A stretch of DNA of 64,000 bases from Escherichia phage RB43. Below, piece after piece: positions 29,388 to 38,894 of the stretch. Positions within the stretch are counted from its first letter, which is position 1; the number at the start of each line of letters is the position of its first letter. The stretch lies in the sequence record NC_007023.1; one strand, written 5' to 3'. The translations under genes were made by a program, and so were the position numbers. The notes beneath the pieces are model-generated. The model saw only the letters and a list, made by a program, of their open reading frames with translations, was not told where the DNA came from and did not search any database.

Positions 29388-30368
29388 TTACAGATCCAGC
29401 AGTTTATCCAGGTCGTCATCACCGGAAGTGTTATCCAGATCAAACGGAGTATCGTCTTCTGGTACAGAACCACCAACATTCAGTTGATTGACACCGCCAG
29501 ATTCTTTAACACTACCGGACTGATTGCCATTATCGAAGTTTTTCAGATCCGCGTCAAATGAGTTTAACTCGCTATCCAAATCAGCACCAGCGCTTGAACC
29601 AGCACCCATTGCAGCACCGCCACCGAATACTTTGGTGAACTTCGCGGTCAGTTCAGCAGTAGGCTTAAACTGATCAGGTGCGGTAATAGGACGGAGGTCG
29701 CTCATACCTTCGAAAATCGCTTTCTGAACTGCTTCATCGTCGATACCTTTAATCGGGCCAGGTACACCGAATGTGCTGTCGTCATAGTTAGGCCAGTCGC
29801 CTACTTTCTTCGCTTTCAGGGTGAAGTTAGCACCAGCGAACGGACAGGTTACAGCAATACCAGGTTCATCCAGATCAGGGTTGCCAGCGATGGTTGCGGT
29901 GATTTTATCCATAATCTTCTTACCGAAGCGGAATTTAAACACTTTACCTTCGTTTTCTGGATTGCCTGGATCTTTAATTACCAGAATGTTAGCCCAGAAT
30001 GATTGTTTACGTCCGATTTGCCCCAACAGTTTATCGGCTTCACCGCCTTTGTTGGCTTTTGCTTTTTCGAACAGGTCGTTATCAGTAATATACTGACATA
30101 CAGGACAACCATCATAATCACCGTGAGTAGACGGGCAATTTTCGATATACCACTGATTCTGTTTTTTGAATGAATGGTTGACGATACGGACGAATGCTAA
30201 TTCATCATCGGAGCGGTTAGGCAGGAAACGAATCACTGCGGAACCGTTTTTCTGTGCATCCAGAGTTAATTTCCACTCTTTTTCGTCTTTCTGAAAACCG
30301 GAGGAACCTTTCAGGGCTGCAACTTGTTCTTGAAGTTTAGTTGGATCTTGACGTTTGAAAAAGGACAT
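29388..30368 (-). CDS. 32: single-stranded DNA-binding protein gp32
   Basis: EWKLTLDAQKNGSAVIRFLP, zinc ligands, acidic C-terminal tail; colinear with T4 gp32. Confidence 0.9.
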   Translation of the reverse strand: MSFFKRQDPTKLQEQVAALKGSSGFQKDEKEWKLTLDAQKNGSAVIRFLPNRSDDELAFVRIVNHSFKKQNQWYIENCPSTHGDYDGCPVCQYITDNDLFEKAKANKGGEADKLLGQIGRKQSFWANILVIKDPGNPENEGKVFKFRFGKKIMDKITATIAGNPDLDEPGIAVTCPFAGANFTLKAKKVGDWPNYDDSTFGVPGPIKGIDDEAVQKAIFEGMSDLRPITAPDQFKPTAELTAKFTKVFGGGAAMGAGSSAGADLDSELNSFDADLKNFDNGNQSGSVKESGGVNQLNVGGSVPEDDTPFDLDNTSGDDDLDKLLDL

Positions 30369-30371
30369 ATA

Positions 30372-31037
30372 TTATTTCTCGTTTAGTTTAATTAAGGTTT
30401 GTTTCATTAAGTTTCGGTATTTTACGATTTCTTCGTTACTGATTTCAACTAATTTTCTGTACGCGTTTAGTTTTTTGCTAAATTCATTCCAGACGAAATC
30501 TGTAGCAATTTCATCGTGTTTATTTATGATGTCTAAAAACGAATCGAGGATCAAGAAAGATTCGTAAGAAATCACCCCTGATTGAACGAGTTTACTGATA
30601 TAAGAAGTGGACGATTTAACGCTATACTGAAACACCGTTGATAGGGGTATACCTTTCATGCGGGAAAATTCATACAGGTTTTTTACATCTTCCACGAAAA
30701 TATTATCAATTCGTCGCAACTTACCAATGTATTGACGATAAAACACGATCGTATCTTCGTCTACATCCCCAACCCAAAAGTCGGGGTTAGCCACCATATT
30801 GCAGAGTAGTATAAGGTAAATCTCCTTGAAAGTAAACCTTTCGGCTAACTTTGTGAAAAAATACCTATCTTTTCTCTTTTGGAACGCTTGTTCAGTGATC
30901 TTTATTTCCCATTTGTACTTGATCGCGTCATACCTTCCCGCAAAGTGATTTTTCATCACCAGATACAGTTTGTATACCGCAATCGGTTTCAAACGGGAAT
31001 TAGCGTCTGAACTTCCAAACGGGGTTTTAAATTTCAC
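30372..31037 (-). CDS. 59: helicase loader gp59
   Basis: AVYKLYLVMKNHFAGRYD..FFTKLAERF colinear with T4 gp59. Confidence 0.85.
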   Translation of the reverse strand: MKFKTPFGSSDANSRLKPIAVYKLYLVMKNHFAGRYDAIKYKWEIKITEQAFQKRKDRYFFTKLAERFTFKEIYLILLCNMVANPDFWVGDVDEDTIVFYRQYIGKLRRIDNIFVEDVKNLYEFSRMKGIPLSTVFQYSVKSSTSYISKLVQSGVISYESFLILDSFLDIINKHDEIATDFVWNEFSKKLNAYRKLVEISNEEIVKYRNLMKQTLIKLNEK

Positions 31038-31285
31038 ATGAAATCATCCAGAGTTTGCGTTGTTGTGTGGTCTTTAGCCACAGAAGGACGCAACAAATTA
31101 TTTTTGATTGCTTCATCGCTAATCTTGTCAATGATAGCTTTCGGAACAGTTTTATTCAACATGGAATAGTCGATACTATTTTCATCCATCCACTGTAACG
31201 TTGCTTCCATGTAGGTTGCCCCTTCTGAGGCAACCAGATTTTCGATGTACAAGCCTACTTCGGTTTTATTTCCGATTTCGCTCAT
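31034..31285 (-). CDS. 33: late transcription co-activator gp33
   Basis: 83 aa; C-terminal IIDKISDEAIKNNLLRPSV resembles T4 gp33; position upstream of 59. Confidence 0.65.
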   Translation of the reverse strand: MSEIGNKTEVGLYIENLVASEGATYMEATLQWMDENSIDYSMLNKTVPKAIIDKISDEAIKNNLLRPSVAKDHTTTQTLDDFM

Positions 31286-31286
31286 T

Positions 31287-31550
31287 TTACGCCTTATCGA
31301 TCACATCGTAAAGTTCGATCAGTTCGTTGTTTTGTTCTTCGAACTCGGTACGCGCCTGGTTGTGATACAGGTTGAACAGCTTGCTAAACGTTTTACCGTC
31401 GATGCCGTAGTCAGTTTTCGCTTTGGATTTGATATCTTTCAGCGTACCCTGATGAATTTCGATCTGGGTTTTGACGTTGGAAGCATCTTTGATCATGTCT
31501 TTGATTGCTTTGGCAATATCAGGGTTTTCTTGCAGTAATTCTACACTCAT
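31287..31550 (-). CDS. dsbA: dsDNA-binding protein DsbA
   Basis: YGIDGKTFSKLFNLYH..ELIELYDVI resembles T4 DsbA; position between rnh and 33. Confidence 0.6.
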   Translation of the reverse strand: MSVELLQENPDIAKAIKDMIKDASNVKTQIEIHQGTLKDIKSKAKTDYGIDGKTFSKLFNLYHNQARTEFEEQNNELIELYDVIDKA

Positions 31551-31559
31551 TTTGTTACC

Positions 31560-32495
31560 TCAAAAATCACTTAATTTTTCATACATACGGACAAGTTTGT
31601 TTTCCATGAAGTATTTCTCCATTTTGGCCTTGTTGCCCGTTTTCGGATTATTGTACGCTTTTTCAATTTCATCTGCAACATCTTTTGGAATAAAATCGAA
31701 ATCTCGTAGTTCTTCGTTTTCTCTGTACCGTGCGGCCCATTCAGGGGTCATGTGTACAGTTGGGTCGTCGGCTTCAAGCCACAATTCAAGTTCGTTCGCA
31801 CGAATTTGCGGTGCTCGTTCACCTTCCACTTTCGTAACAATATAGTCGTTTCTCATTTTAATACAAGCGATACTATCTTTTTTATCGCCCTTAATGATCT
31901 TCATACGTAAATCATTACGAGGTGTACCATACTTCGGCGTAACCCATTTCTTCTGGGTAGGCGACCATTGTCGAACACCTTGATATTTTTGCAGTGCCGT
32001 AAAGTCGCTATCTGCTGATACAATCAGGACTCGCTTACCTTGCGCTACTGCGTTTTTTGTAACGACACCTATAATATCATCGGCTTCTGCGAAGTCAACC
32101 CTCAAGCCTTTGTACGGAAGATTTTCGCGGATCTCGTCGTAAGTCGGGTGAAGGAAACCGTTCAAAAAATCCCAGTCCCATTCAGATTCCGCGTGTTCCA
32201 TTTGTCGTTTCTTTTTGTAGTACCAGGCTTTACTTCTTCGCCAATACTTGTTATCATCAAAGGCTAAGACAATTTCTGGATACTCACCTTTGAATTTAAC
32301 CACGTTGTACCGGATTGTGTCAAGAACAATGTGACGAATAATTTGTTGATTGATGTCTTTCTGGTCTTTCGGCTTGAAGTTGTTCATCAACGTCGCTACC
32401 GAAAGGTTCGATATATCTACACACATCACATCAACAGGATCGTCGTCATTACTCATAAGACTGTTCAGATTGAACATGCTTGCAAATGAAGACAT
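31560..32495 (-). CDS. rnh: RNase H (5'-3' exonuclease, FEN-like)
   Basis: 311 aa colinear with T4 RNase H (ADDIIGV, SADSDF, GDKKDSIA). Confidence 0.85.
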   Translation of the reverse strand: MSSFASMFNLNSLMSNDDDPVDVMCVDISNLSVATLMNNFKPKDQKDINQQIIRHIVLDTIRYNVVKFKGEYPEIVLAFDDNKYWRRSKAWYYKKKRQMEHAESEWDWDFLNGFLHPTYDEIRENLPYKGLRVDFAEADDIIGVVTKNAVAQGKRVLIVSADSDFTALQKYQGVRQWSPTQKKWVTPKYGTPRNDLRMKIIKGDKKDSIACIKMRNDYIVTKVEGERAPQIRANELELWLEADDPTVHMTPEWAARYRENEELRDFDFIPKDVADEIEKAYNNPKTGNKAKMEKYFMENKLVRMYEKLSDF

Positions 32496-32525
32496 ATCAA
32501 TACCTCTTGTTGTTGAATGGTGATG

Positions 32526-32553
32526 ATTATAGTGATCACTTTTTCAAAGTCAA
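32526..32553 (-). promoter_or_regulatory. sigma70-like promoter (TTGACT-N16-TATAAT) for rnh operon
   Basis: Read on minus strand upstream of rnh SD AGAGGT. Confidence 0.5.
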
Positions 32554-32572
32554 TAGATCACTTCAAGATTCT

Positions 32573-32711
32573 GAGCGAAGCGAAGGACACGAACGTAGTG
32601 AGTGTCTAACTACAGAACTACACTTTTAAATTTTTATATTTTATATATAGAGAAAAATGTAGTTTTTGGTATGTTTTTTAACCAATATTACCTATCCGTT
32701 TCGCTTCGCTC
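32573..32711. repeat. 12-bp perfect inverted repeat pair (GAGCGAAGCGAA / TTCGCTTCGCTC) flanking 115-bp AT-rich core
   Basis: Arms at 32573-32584 and 32700-32711; extra CGCTTCG copy at 32719-32725. Confidence 0.7.
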
Positions 32712-32762
32712 ACGGAAACGCTTCGCGTTGTTTTTATTAAATAATATAGATTGGAAGTAGGT

Positions 32763-32791
32763 TTGAAACCCGTAATTCCATCAGCTATAAT
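32763..32791 (+). promoter_or_regulatory. sigma70-like promoter (TTGAAA-N17-TATAAT) for gene 55
   Basis: Near-consensus hexamers 26 nt upstream of gp55 ATG. Confidence 0.55.
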
Positions 32792-32816
32792 GAATGTATT
32801 CAATTTGGAGAATATA

Positions 32817-33332
32817 ATGACTACTAAGATTTATGCAGATAATGATAAGCTGTATCCGGTAATGTGTAAGTGGAAACAGCAGATCCGTGAAACTGGTGAT
32901 CGCAAAATGCCTGATGAACTGGGTATTGCAATCATGAACATCGCTCATGGTTTAGCCCGTCGATACAACTTCAACCGTTATTCCGAAGATTGGAAAATGG
33001 ATATGATCGATGATGGTATTTCCGCTACGATTTCCGGTTTACATAATTTTGATGAAACCAAATATACAAACGTTTATGGGTATATCAACAAGGCTTGCTG
33101 GCAAGCGTTTGTAACCCGCATTCTTTACGAGAAGAAAGAGAACGCGAAAAAATACAAATACTTCCTGGAACACGTTTACGATAGTGACGATACTGATATG
33201 ACCGCGATAGCTGATGAAACTTTCATTCAGGATATCCATGATAAACTTAATCAGTACGAAGAGTCTGCGAAAAAACCTAAAGATAAAATCGAGGTTGTGG
33301 ACGAATCGCCAACTTTGGAAATGTTTCTATGA
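32817..33332 (+). CDS. 55: late sigma factor gp55
   Basis: ATG after GGAG; GLHNFDETKYTN and DETFIQDI colinear with T4 gp55. Confidence 0.85.
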   Translation: MTTKIYADNDKLYPVMCKWKQQIRETGDRKMPDELGIAIMNIAHGLARRYNFNRYSEDWKMDMIDDGISATISGLHNFDETKYTNVYGYINKACWQAFVTRILYEKKENAKKYKYFLEHVYDSDDTDMTAIADETFIQDIHDKLNQYEESAKKPKDKIEVVDESPTLEMFL

Positions 33333-33556
33333 AAATTAAAATTGACCTGAACAAAATTTTAGCAGATGCTGACAACGAAATTGATCTGCTTCCTTACCTT
33401 GTGAAATTAGAGTTGCAGAACGTAGGTGTTCCCGTTATCATCGACCCTACTGATGTACGAGATCCAGACTTCGCTATAGAAAGTGGACGTTTGGACTATG
33501 TAATAAATGCCGATACAATGATCATGGAGATCACTTACTATGAACAAGCAGCATGA
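33329..33556 (+). CDS. hypothetical protein (75 aa)
   Basis: ORF track; ATGA coupling. Confidence 0.45.
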   Translation: MKIKIDLNKILADADNEIDLLPYLVKLELQNVGVPVIIDPTDVRDPDFAIESGRLDYVINADTMIMEITYYEQAA

Positions 33557-33887
33557 AGTATTAGACGAAGTGGCGCACGAGAAAACAGCAACAGAACTTC
33601 GTGAAGAAGAACTGGAATCCCTGAAAGGTACGCGTGTTGAACAGGAAGCGCTACGCAAAGCACAGAAGTATATGCGTAAGAACCGCGCTGAATGGAAACG
33701 ACTTCACAACCACGCTGAAAATGCCCTGTTTGATGGTAACAAAGCACAGTATGTGTACGCTATCAAAAAGATGCGTGATATGCTCAAACAACCATACAAC
33801 GATGAACTGATTGAAACGATGTGGATCACTTCAAATCAACAGCTTAAAGATCTGTTCGTCATGGCTTCTGAAAAATACGGTAAATAA
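33540..33887 (+). CDS. hypothetical protein (115 aa)
   Basis: ORF track. Confidence 0.5.
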   Translation: MNKQHEVLDEVAHEKTATELREEELESLKGTRVEQEALRKAQKYMRKNRAEWKRLHNHAENALFDGNKAQYVYAIKKMRDMLKQPYNDELIETMWITSNQQLKDLFVMASEKYGK

Positions 33888-33906
33888 ACCCCTTCGGGGG
33901 TTTTTG
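33887..33906 (+). terminator. rho-independent terminator
   Basis: AAACCCCTTCGGGGGTTTTT. Confidence 0.6.
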
Positions 33907-33914
33907 AGGTTCTT

Positions 33915-34934
33915 ATGAATTATGTTTTAATTGGTGATACACATGCAGGACTTCGCCAGGATAACCCCTGGAACGAAGAAAACCTGTATGCGGTATTCAA
34001 ACAGATTGTAGAATATTGCAAAGAAAACGGGATCACTCGCGGTTTCCATGCTGGCGATTTCTTTGATGTTCGAAAAGCAACCACACAGACAACGATGAAC
34101 TTCGTTCGTGAAAAGCTGGTTCCTCTTCTGATTGAGGCGGGGATCACGCTGGATGTTCTGGTCGGCAACCACGATTGCCAGTTTAAAGACCGTATACGCC
34201 CCAACGCGCCACGCGAGATATTAAGTCAATACGAATGTTTCAATGTCATTGATGAACCGACTACGGTTGATTTAGGCAACGGGAATTCGATCGACCTGAT
34301 ACCGTGGATCTGTCAGGAAAACAGTCACAGGATTTTCGAGTTTATCAAACAGTCAAAATCGAATTACTGCCTGGGACACTTCGAACTGTCTGGTTATTAT
34401 TTCTACAAGAACAGCAAAGCCGATCATGGGCTAGAACCTGATTTCTTGAAGAAGTACGAGCGCGTTTATTCTGGACACTATCACCACGCTAACGAGGGTG
34501 ATAACGTGTTTTACATTGGTACGCCTCTGACTATGAGCGCGAACGATGAAGACGAAACACGGGGTTTCTATGAATTTACTGGTTCCCCTGAACTAACGTT
34601 CATTGCAAATCCAGTTTGCCACCATCGCCGGATCATGTATCCTTCACAAAAGGATGTCGATTTAGAACAGTTCCGTAATTGTTCTGTACGTCTGATTGTC
34701 AGTGAAGTTGACAGCGGTCTTGCCAAGTTCCAAACCAAGATCGAAGAAATTGCACATGAAATCAGCATCATCGACAAAATCCAGACTGATTCGAACGTCG
34801 ATACAGATTTTGAGATCAAGACCGTTCGTGGCCTGATCGGGGAATACATCGCTAACATGCAAATAAGCGACGACGAAAAAGAAGACGTTAACAAGCTGAT
34901 AAGTGAACTTTACGCGGAGGTGTCAAGTGCATGA
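33915..34934 (+). CDS. 47: recombination endonuclease subunit gp47 (Mre11-like)
   Basis: Phosphoesterase motifs GDTHAG, GDFFD, GNHD. Confidence 0.9.
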   Translation: MNYVLIGDTHAGLRQDNPWNEENLYAVFKQIVEYCKENGITRGFHAGDFFDVRKATTQTTMNFVREKLVPLLIEAGITLDVLVGNHDCQFKDRIRPNAPREILSQYECFNVIDEPTTVDLGNGNSIDLIPWICQENSHRIFEFIKQSKSNYCLGHFELSGYYFYKNSKADHGLEPDFLKKYERVYSGHYHHANEGDNVFYIGTPLTMSANDEDETRGFYEFTGSPELTFIANPVCHHRRIMYPSQKDVDLEQFRNCSVRLIVSEVDSGLAKFQTKIEEIAHEISIIDKIQTDSNVDTDFEIKTVRGLIGEYIANMQISDDEKEDVNKLISELYAEVSSA

Positions 34935-35202
34935 ACGATATGAAAAATATTTTGGGGAAACCCCATTATATTTGCCACTGCTTACAACGTTCGGTATTGA
35001 CCATATTGTAAGCAAAAGCGATGATAGTGTATGCTTGACGTTCGTTAAAGATAACTGGCATTCTTCAAGAACGTTTTCTATCCTGATGCTTGATGCGTTA
35101 GACGATGATACATTGTCATACGCTCTTGAGGTCGAACTCGTTAATATGGTTGCAGAACTTAGTGAAGGTATTTTAAGTGAAACTAAACTTCAAAAAAATT
35201 AA
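34931..35202 (+). CDS. small protein (gp46.1 position), frame uncertain
   Basis: ATG 34931 overlaps gp47 stop (ATGA) but stops after 26 codons; 99-aa ORF 34903..35202 lies in -1 frame. Confidence 0.3.
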
Positions 35203-36880
35203 GTATCAGAATATTCTGTCGGTCGGGAATACCCCGATCGAACTCGAATTCGATACTGCAAAGAAAACCCTGATTACGGGTAAAAATGGTGGTGGTAAAT
35301 CCACACTGATCGAAGCGTTGACGTATGCTCTTTTTGGTAAGTCATTTCGTGATCTAAAAGTCGGGCAACTGGTAAACAGTGTCAACAAAAAGAAATGCCT
35401 TGTTGAACTCGAAATTGAATATGGCAAAGACTCGTACAAAATTGTACGTGGACAGAAGCCGAAGGTATTCGAGATCTGGAAAAACGGCGATAAGTTAGCA
35501 GAAGATTCGGCATCGGGTGATTATCAATCTCAGCTTGAATCCATGCTCAATATTAACCTGGTTGGATTCAAACAGGTAATCGTGTTGGGTACTGCTGGTT
35601 ATACTCCATTCATGGAACTGAGAACACCGGATCGCCGTAAACTGGTTGAAGACCTGTTGTCGCTATCGGTTATCAGTGAAATGGATAAGCTGAACAAATC
35701 ATATGTTCGTGGTGTTAATCAGCAGTTGGATACCCTGTCTATGCAGGTGAACCACATCCAGCAGCAGATCGCTACACACCAGCGCTTCATTGATGAACAG
35801 CGAGCTAAAGCGAACCAGAACAACGCACGATACAAAGAGATCTACGATAGTCACGTTGAAACCGCGAAGAACATCAAAGCACAGCTTATGCAGTTGCAAG
35901 CGGAGATCGCAGAAACGGTGATCACTGGTGCAGACCGAACGGAAGATATAAACAAACTCCGTGATGGTTATACGCGCCTCTCTATGACTGTAGAACAGTT
36001 TAAAAAGCTGGAAGTGATGTATCAGAAAGGTGGTGAGTGTCCGGCCTGTAAACAGGCGATTAAGCCCACTCCTGAACGCATGGAAGAGATCGCCAACAAT
36101 ATCAAAGCTGGTACACAACGATTAACGCTGATCAAAACCAAACAGGACGAGTTGCAAGGCATTATGAACGAGTTGCTTCAACAGCAACGCGCACTGAATG
36201 CTATGAAAACGAAATACGAAGCCCTGAAAGGTACTTTACAAAACGAAGTCGCCAACGCTAAACGCGCACAAGCTATTATGGAACAGGCAAGCGCGGAAGT
36301 CGTTATTGACGAAGAACCCGTTAAGCAGTTGCAGCAACAAGAAACAGAACTGAATGATAAACGTCAAGGATACGTGAAAGAAAAATATATCCGTGGTATC
36401 GTTACGGATATGTTAAAAGATTCAGGTGTGAAAGCCAGTATCGTAAAACGATATATTCCGTACTTCAATAAACAGATTGCGTATTATCTGAATCTGTTGG
36501 GTGCTGATTATCAATTTACACTGGATGATGAATTCAACGAATCGATCAAATCTCTGGGACGCGATGATTTTAGTTACGCATCATTCAGCCAGGGTGAACG
36601 CGCACGAATCAACCTATCAATTCTGTTTACATGGCGCGATGTAACAAGTAAAGTCTCCGGCGTGGATCTGTCTCTGCTGGTACTTGATGAAGTGTTTGAT
36701 GGGCCACTTGATAAAGAGGGTTCATTTGCGATTAAATCACTTCTGGATTCTGTCGATGGTAACGTTATTGTCATCAGTCATCAGGATCTTGATCCGCAAG
36801 ATTTCGATCGACACATCATCATGTCTAAGGTTGGACGGTTCACAAAACCATCAATCAAAGATATGGCGGTATCATGTTAG
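35177..36880 (+). CDS. 46: recombination ATPase gp46 (Rad50/SbcC-like)
   Basis: Walker A GKNGGGKST, coiled coil, CxxC hook (CPAC), signature FSQGE, Walker B LLVLDE. Confidence 0.9.
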   Translation: MKLNFKKIKYQNILSVGNTPIELEFDTAKKTLITGKNGGGKSTLIEALTYALFGKSFRDLKVGQLVNSVNKKKCLVELEIEYGKDSYKIVRGQKPKVFEIWKNGDKLAEDSASGDYQSQLESMLNINLVGFKQVIVLGTAGYTPFMELRTPDRRKLVEDLLSLSVISEMDKLNKSYVRGVNQQLDTLSMQVNHIQQQIATHQRFIDEQRAKANQNNARYKEIYDSHVETAKNIKAQLMQLQAEIAETVITGADRTEDINKLRDGYTRLSMTVEQFKKLEVMYQKGGECPACKQAIKPTPERMEEIANNIKAGTQRLTLIKTKQDELQGIMNELLQQQRALNAMKTKYEALKGTLQNEVANAKRAQAIMEQASAEVVIDEEPVKQLQQQETELNDKRQGYVKEKYIRGIVTDMLKDSGVKASIVKRYIPYFNKQIAYYLNLLGADYQFTLDDEFNESIKSLGRDDFSYASFSQGERARINLSILFTWRDVTSKVSGVDLSLLVLDEVFDGPLDKEGSFAIKSLLDSVDGNVIVISHQDLDPQDFDRHIIMSKVGRFTKPSIKDMAVSC

Positions 36881-37065
36881 AACGTGAGTTCGATTTAAAG
36901 ACCTCTCCCGAAGTGGATAGGTATTATCTACACAACGAACTGTTGGAAGAAAAACACGTTGTTACTATGGAAGATGTCAAAGAAGCCTTTAAAGACAATC
37001 AGTTAGAGCTAACGCGAATACTGAATAACAAATCGTCTGTATGGTTTCTTGAAAAAATCTATTGA
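36874..37065 (+). CDS. hypothetical protein (63 aa)
   Basis: ORF track; overlaps gp46 end. Confidence 0.4.
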   Translation: MLEREFDLKTSPEVDRYYLHNELLEEKHVVTMEDVKEAFKDNQLELTRILNNKSSVWFLEKIY

Positions 37066-37091
37066 CACCTGAACATAAATACCTTAAAGTT

Positions 37092-37125
37092 GCCCGTGTA
37101 CTGAGTTGCACGGGCTTTTATTTTG
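37092..37125 (+). terminator. rho-independent terminator
   Basis: GCCCGTGTACTGAGTTGCACGGGC followed by TTTTATTTT. Confidence 0.55.
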
Positions 37126-37136
37126 AGGAACGGAAA

Positions 37137-37850
37137 ATGATTAACGAAAAAATGACACATCGCGAAGCGTTGGAAATCTTAGGGGCTACTGGTACTGAAT
37201 CCAAAGCCGAAATGTCCAAACTCTTCAAACGTGCTTCTCTGCGTAATCACCCCGATCGTGGTGGTAGCACAGAACTCATGCAAAAAATTAACCAGGCATA
37301 TGACGTAGTAACGAGAACAAACAGTTCTGGCGAAACTATGATGGATATGCGAGCGCGTCACGCAGCGAATAAAAAAGCGTGGGAAGAAAAACTGGATGCG
37401 TATTTTGTTGTTGCTAAGAACTATTTCAGCACGAAATTTAACGCACAGGAATTCGCTGAATACTTCACCAAATACACCGGACAACCGACGACCTTCACAC
37501 AGGAAGTCAAGAAAGATACAATTTCCGTATCTGCTGTGTTCCGTTTCACTTCTGGTGATGCTCACTTTGATTTCGCTTTCTACTGCAAGCCGGAAGAAGG
37601 TAAAGGTTTGATGTCTCCTGATGCAAGCGCATTGGGTAGTGTTTCTGTCAATACTCTGGTATTGGTTGGAACCAAAAAACATAAAATGGCAAGCCGTGAA
37701 TATCAATGGGGCAAAAACCCAGATAAGATCACACCAGAAAGCCTGTTCCCGTCCAAGAAACTTGCATCAATTTTCAGCCCGACACAAAAGAACCTCAAGT
37801 TCAAACGTGCTGACTATATGACTTCTTTCCGCAAGCACTTAGACGCATAA
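37137..37850 (+). CDS. J-domain (DnaJ-like) protein
   Basis: ATG after GAGGAA; EALEILG...KLFKRASLRNHPDRGGS with HPD tripeptide. Confidence 0.65.
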   Translation: MINEKMTHREALEILGATGTESKAEMSKLFKRASLRNHPDRGGSTELMQKINQAYDVVTRTNSSGETMMDMRARHAANKKAWEEKLDAYFVVAKNYFSTKFNAQEFAEYFTKYTGQPTTFTQEVKKDTISVSAVFRFTSGDAHFDFAFYCKPEEGKGLMSPDASALGSVSVNTLVLVGTKKHKMASREYQWGKNPDKITPESLFPSKKLASIFSPTQKNLKFKRADYMTSFRKHLDA

Positions 37851-37913
37851 ATTAGCGGTAATGATATCTATGTTCCTGTAGGCGACCTGAAAGTTCGTTT
37901 CTATCGTCATGTA

Positions 37914-38834
37914 ATGATGCGTAAAGGTGCGTATGTGTTTAGTGCGGTATACGACCCAGCGGTAAGTAAATTCCGTTCTGCTGCAAACCTTCGCGGTACT
38001 ATGTTTGAAGACGAAGACGGCGCATGTTTGGATATGATTATCGACACTTTCAAAGAAATGCAGAAAGCAAAACCGAACGTTAACGGTATTGTCGGTATCA
38101 TTGACAAGATGAACGCAGAATTCGCAGCGGGACACCGTTCAGCATCTTTCGTCAAACGTATGGCACAGCAAGCAGCAGCACCGAAGCCGGAAGAAAAGCC
38201 GAAACGCACTGTTAACCGTATCAGCAAAGATGATTATTTCAACGCATTGAAACAAGCGGGTGCAACATTCCGTAGCAACTACGGTGAGTTTGATAACGGC
38301 GCTGGATTGACTTTCCACTTCAAACGCGAGATCAGCAACCGTAAAGGCTTCTGGAGTTTCAGCAGTTTTAATTTCATGCACTCTGGTCAACGTCATGTTG
38401 AATGGTTGAAAGATATCGACATTGACGAAGACAGCAAAGGTGCAAGTATCGGTCTGATGGTTGATACTCTGAAACAGTTGCGTGGTGTTGCTGATTGGTA
38501 TACTGCAAGAAAGATCCTGGAAGCGATGCGCGACAACTTCAAAGCTGGTAAGTTCTCCGCACCACACGTTAAGAAAGAAGCCGAACAGAAACGCACTGAG
38601 GCGCAAGCTAAGGACGAGTTAGGCGCACAGCCTACCAAACCCCAGGAAGCAAAGAAAGAAGCCCCAGCAGTTGATAAGGCTCATGAGGCGCAAATGGCTA
38701 AAGAGAAAGCACAGATGAATGCAACCATTCGTTCTATGCTCTCCGCTCTGGTTAAAGCTGGACGCAAAGACACGCCGGAAGAAATTAAAAAAGCAGTTGA
38801 TGAAGCAATCGCTCTCTGGCGCTTGAAACACTAA
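37914..38834 (+). CDS. hypothetical Lys/Ala/Glu-rich protein (306 aa)
   Basis: ORF track; same frame as J-domain gene, separated by single TAA and 63 open nt; no clear SD. Confidence 0.45.
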   Translation: MMRKGAYVFSAVYDPAVSKFRSAANLRGTMFEDEDGACLDMIIDTFKEMQKAKPNVNGIVGIIDKMNAEFAAGHRSASFVKRMAQQAAAPKPEEKPKRTVNRISKDDYFNALKQAGATFRSNYGEFDNGAGLTFHFKREISNRKGFWSFSSFNFMHSGQRHVEWLKDIDIDEDSKGASIGLMVDTLKQLRGVADWYTARKILEAMRDNFKAGKFSAPHVKKEAEQKRTEAQAKDELGAQPTKPQEAKKEAPAVDKAHEAQMAKEKAQMNATIRSMLSALVKAGRKDTPEEIKKAVDEAIALWRLKH

Positions 38835-38850
38835 CTGATTGTGTTATACT

Positions 38851-38880
38851 GGGAACTGTTGAAAAGCAGTTCCCTTTTTT
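38851..38880 (+). terminator. rho-independent terminator
   Basis: GGGAACTGTTGAAAAGCAGTTCCC followed by TTTTTT. Confidence 0.6.
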
Positions 38881-38894
38881 ATGAGGAAAATACT

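Noticed and set aside
32571-32730. Inverted repeats as ends of an inserted transposable element
   Set aside because: The 115 bp between the arms is AT-rich, non-coding and too short to encode a transposase; regulatory, origin or recombination-scar interpretations are more plausible.
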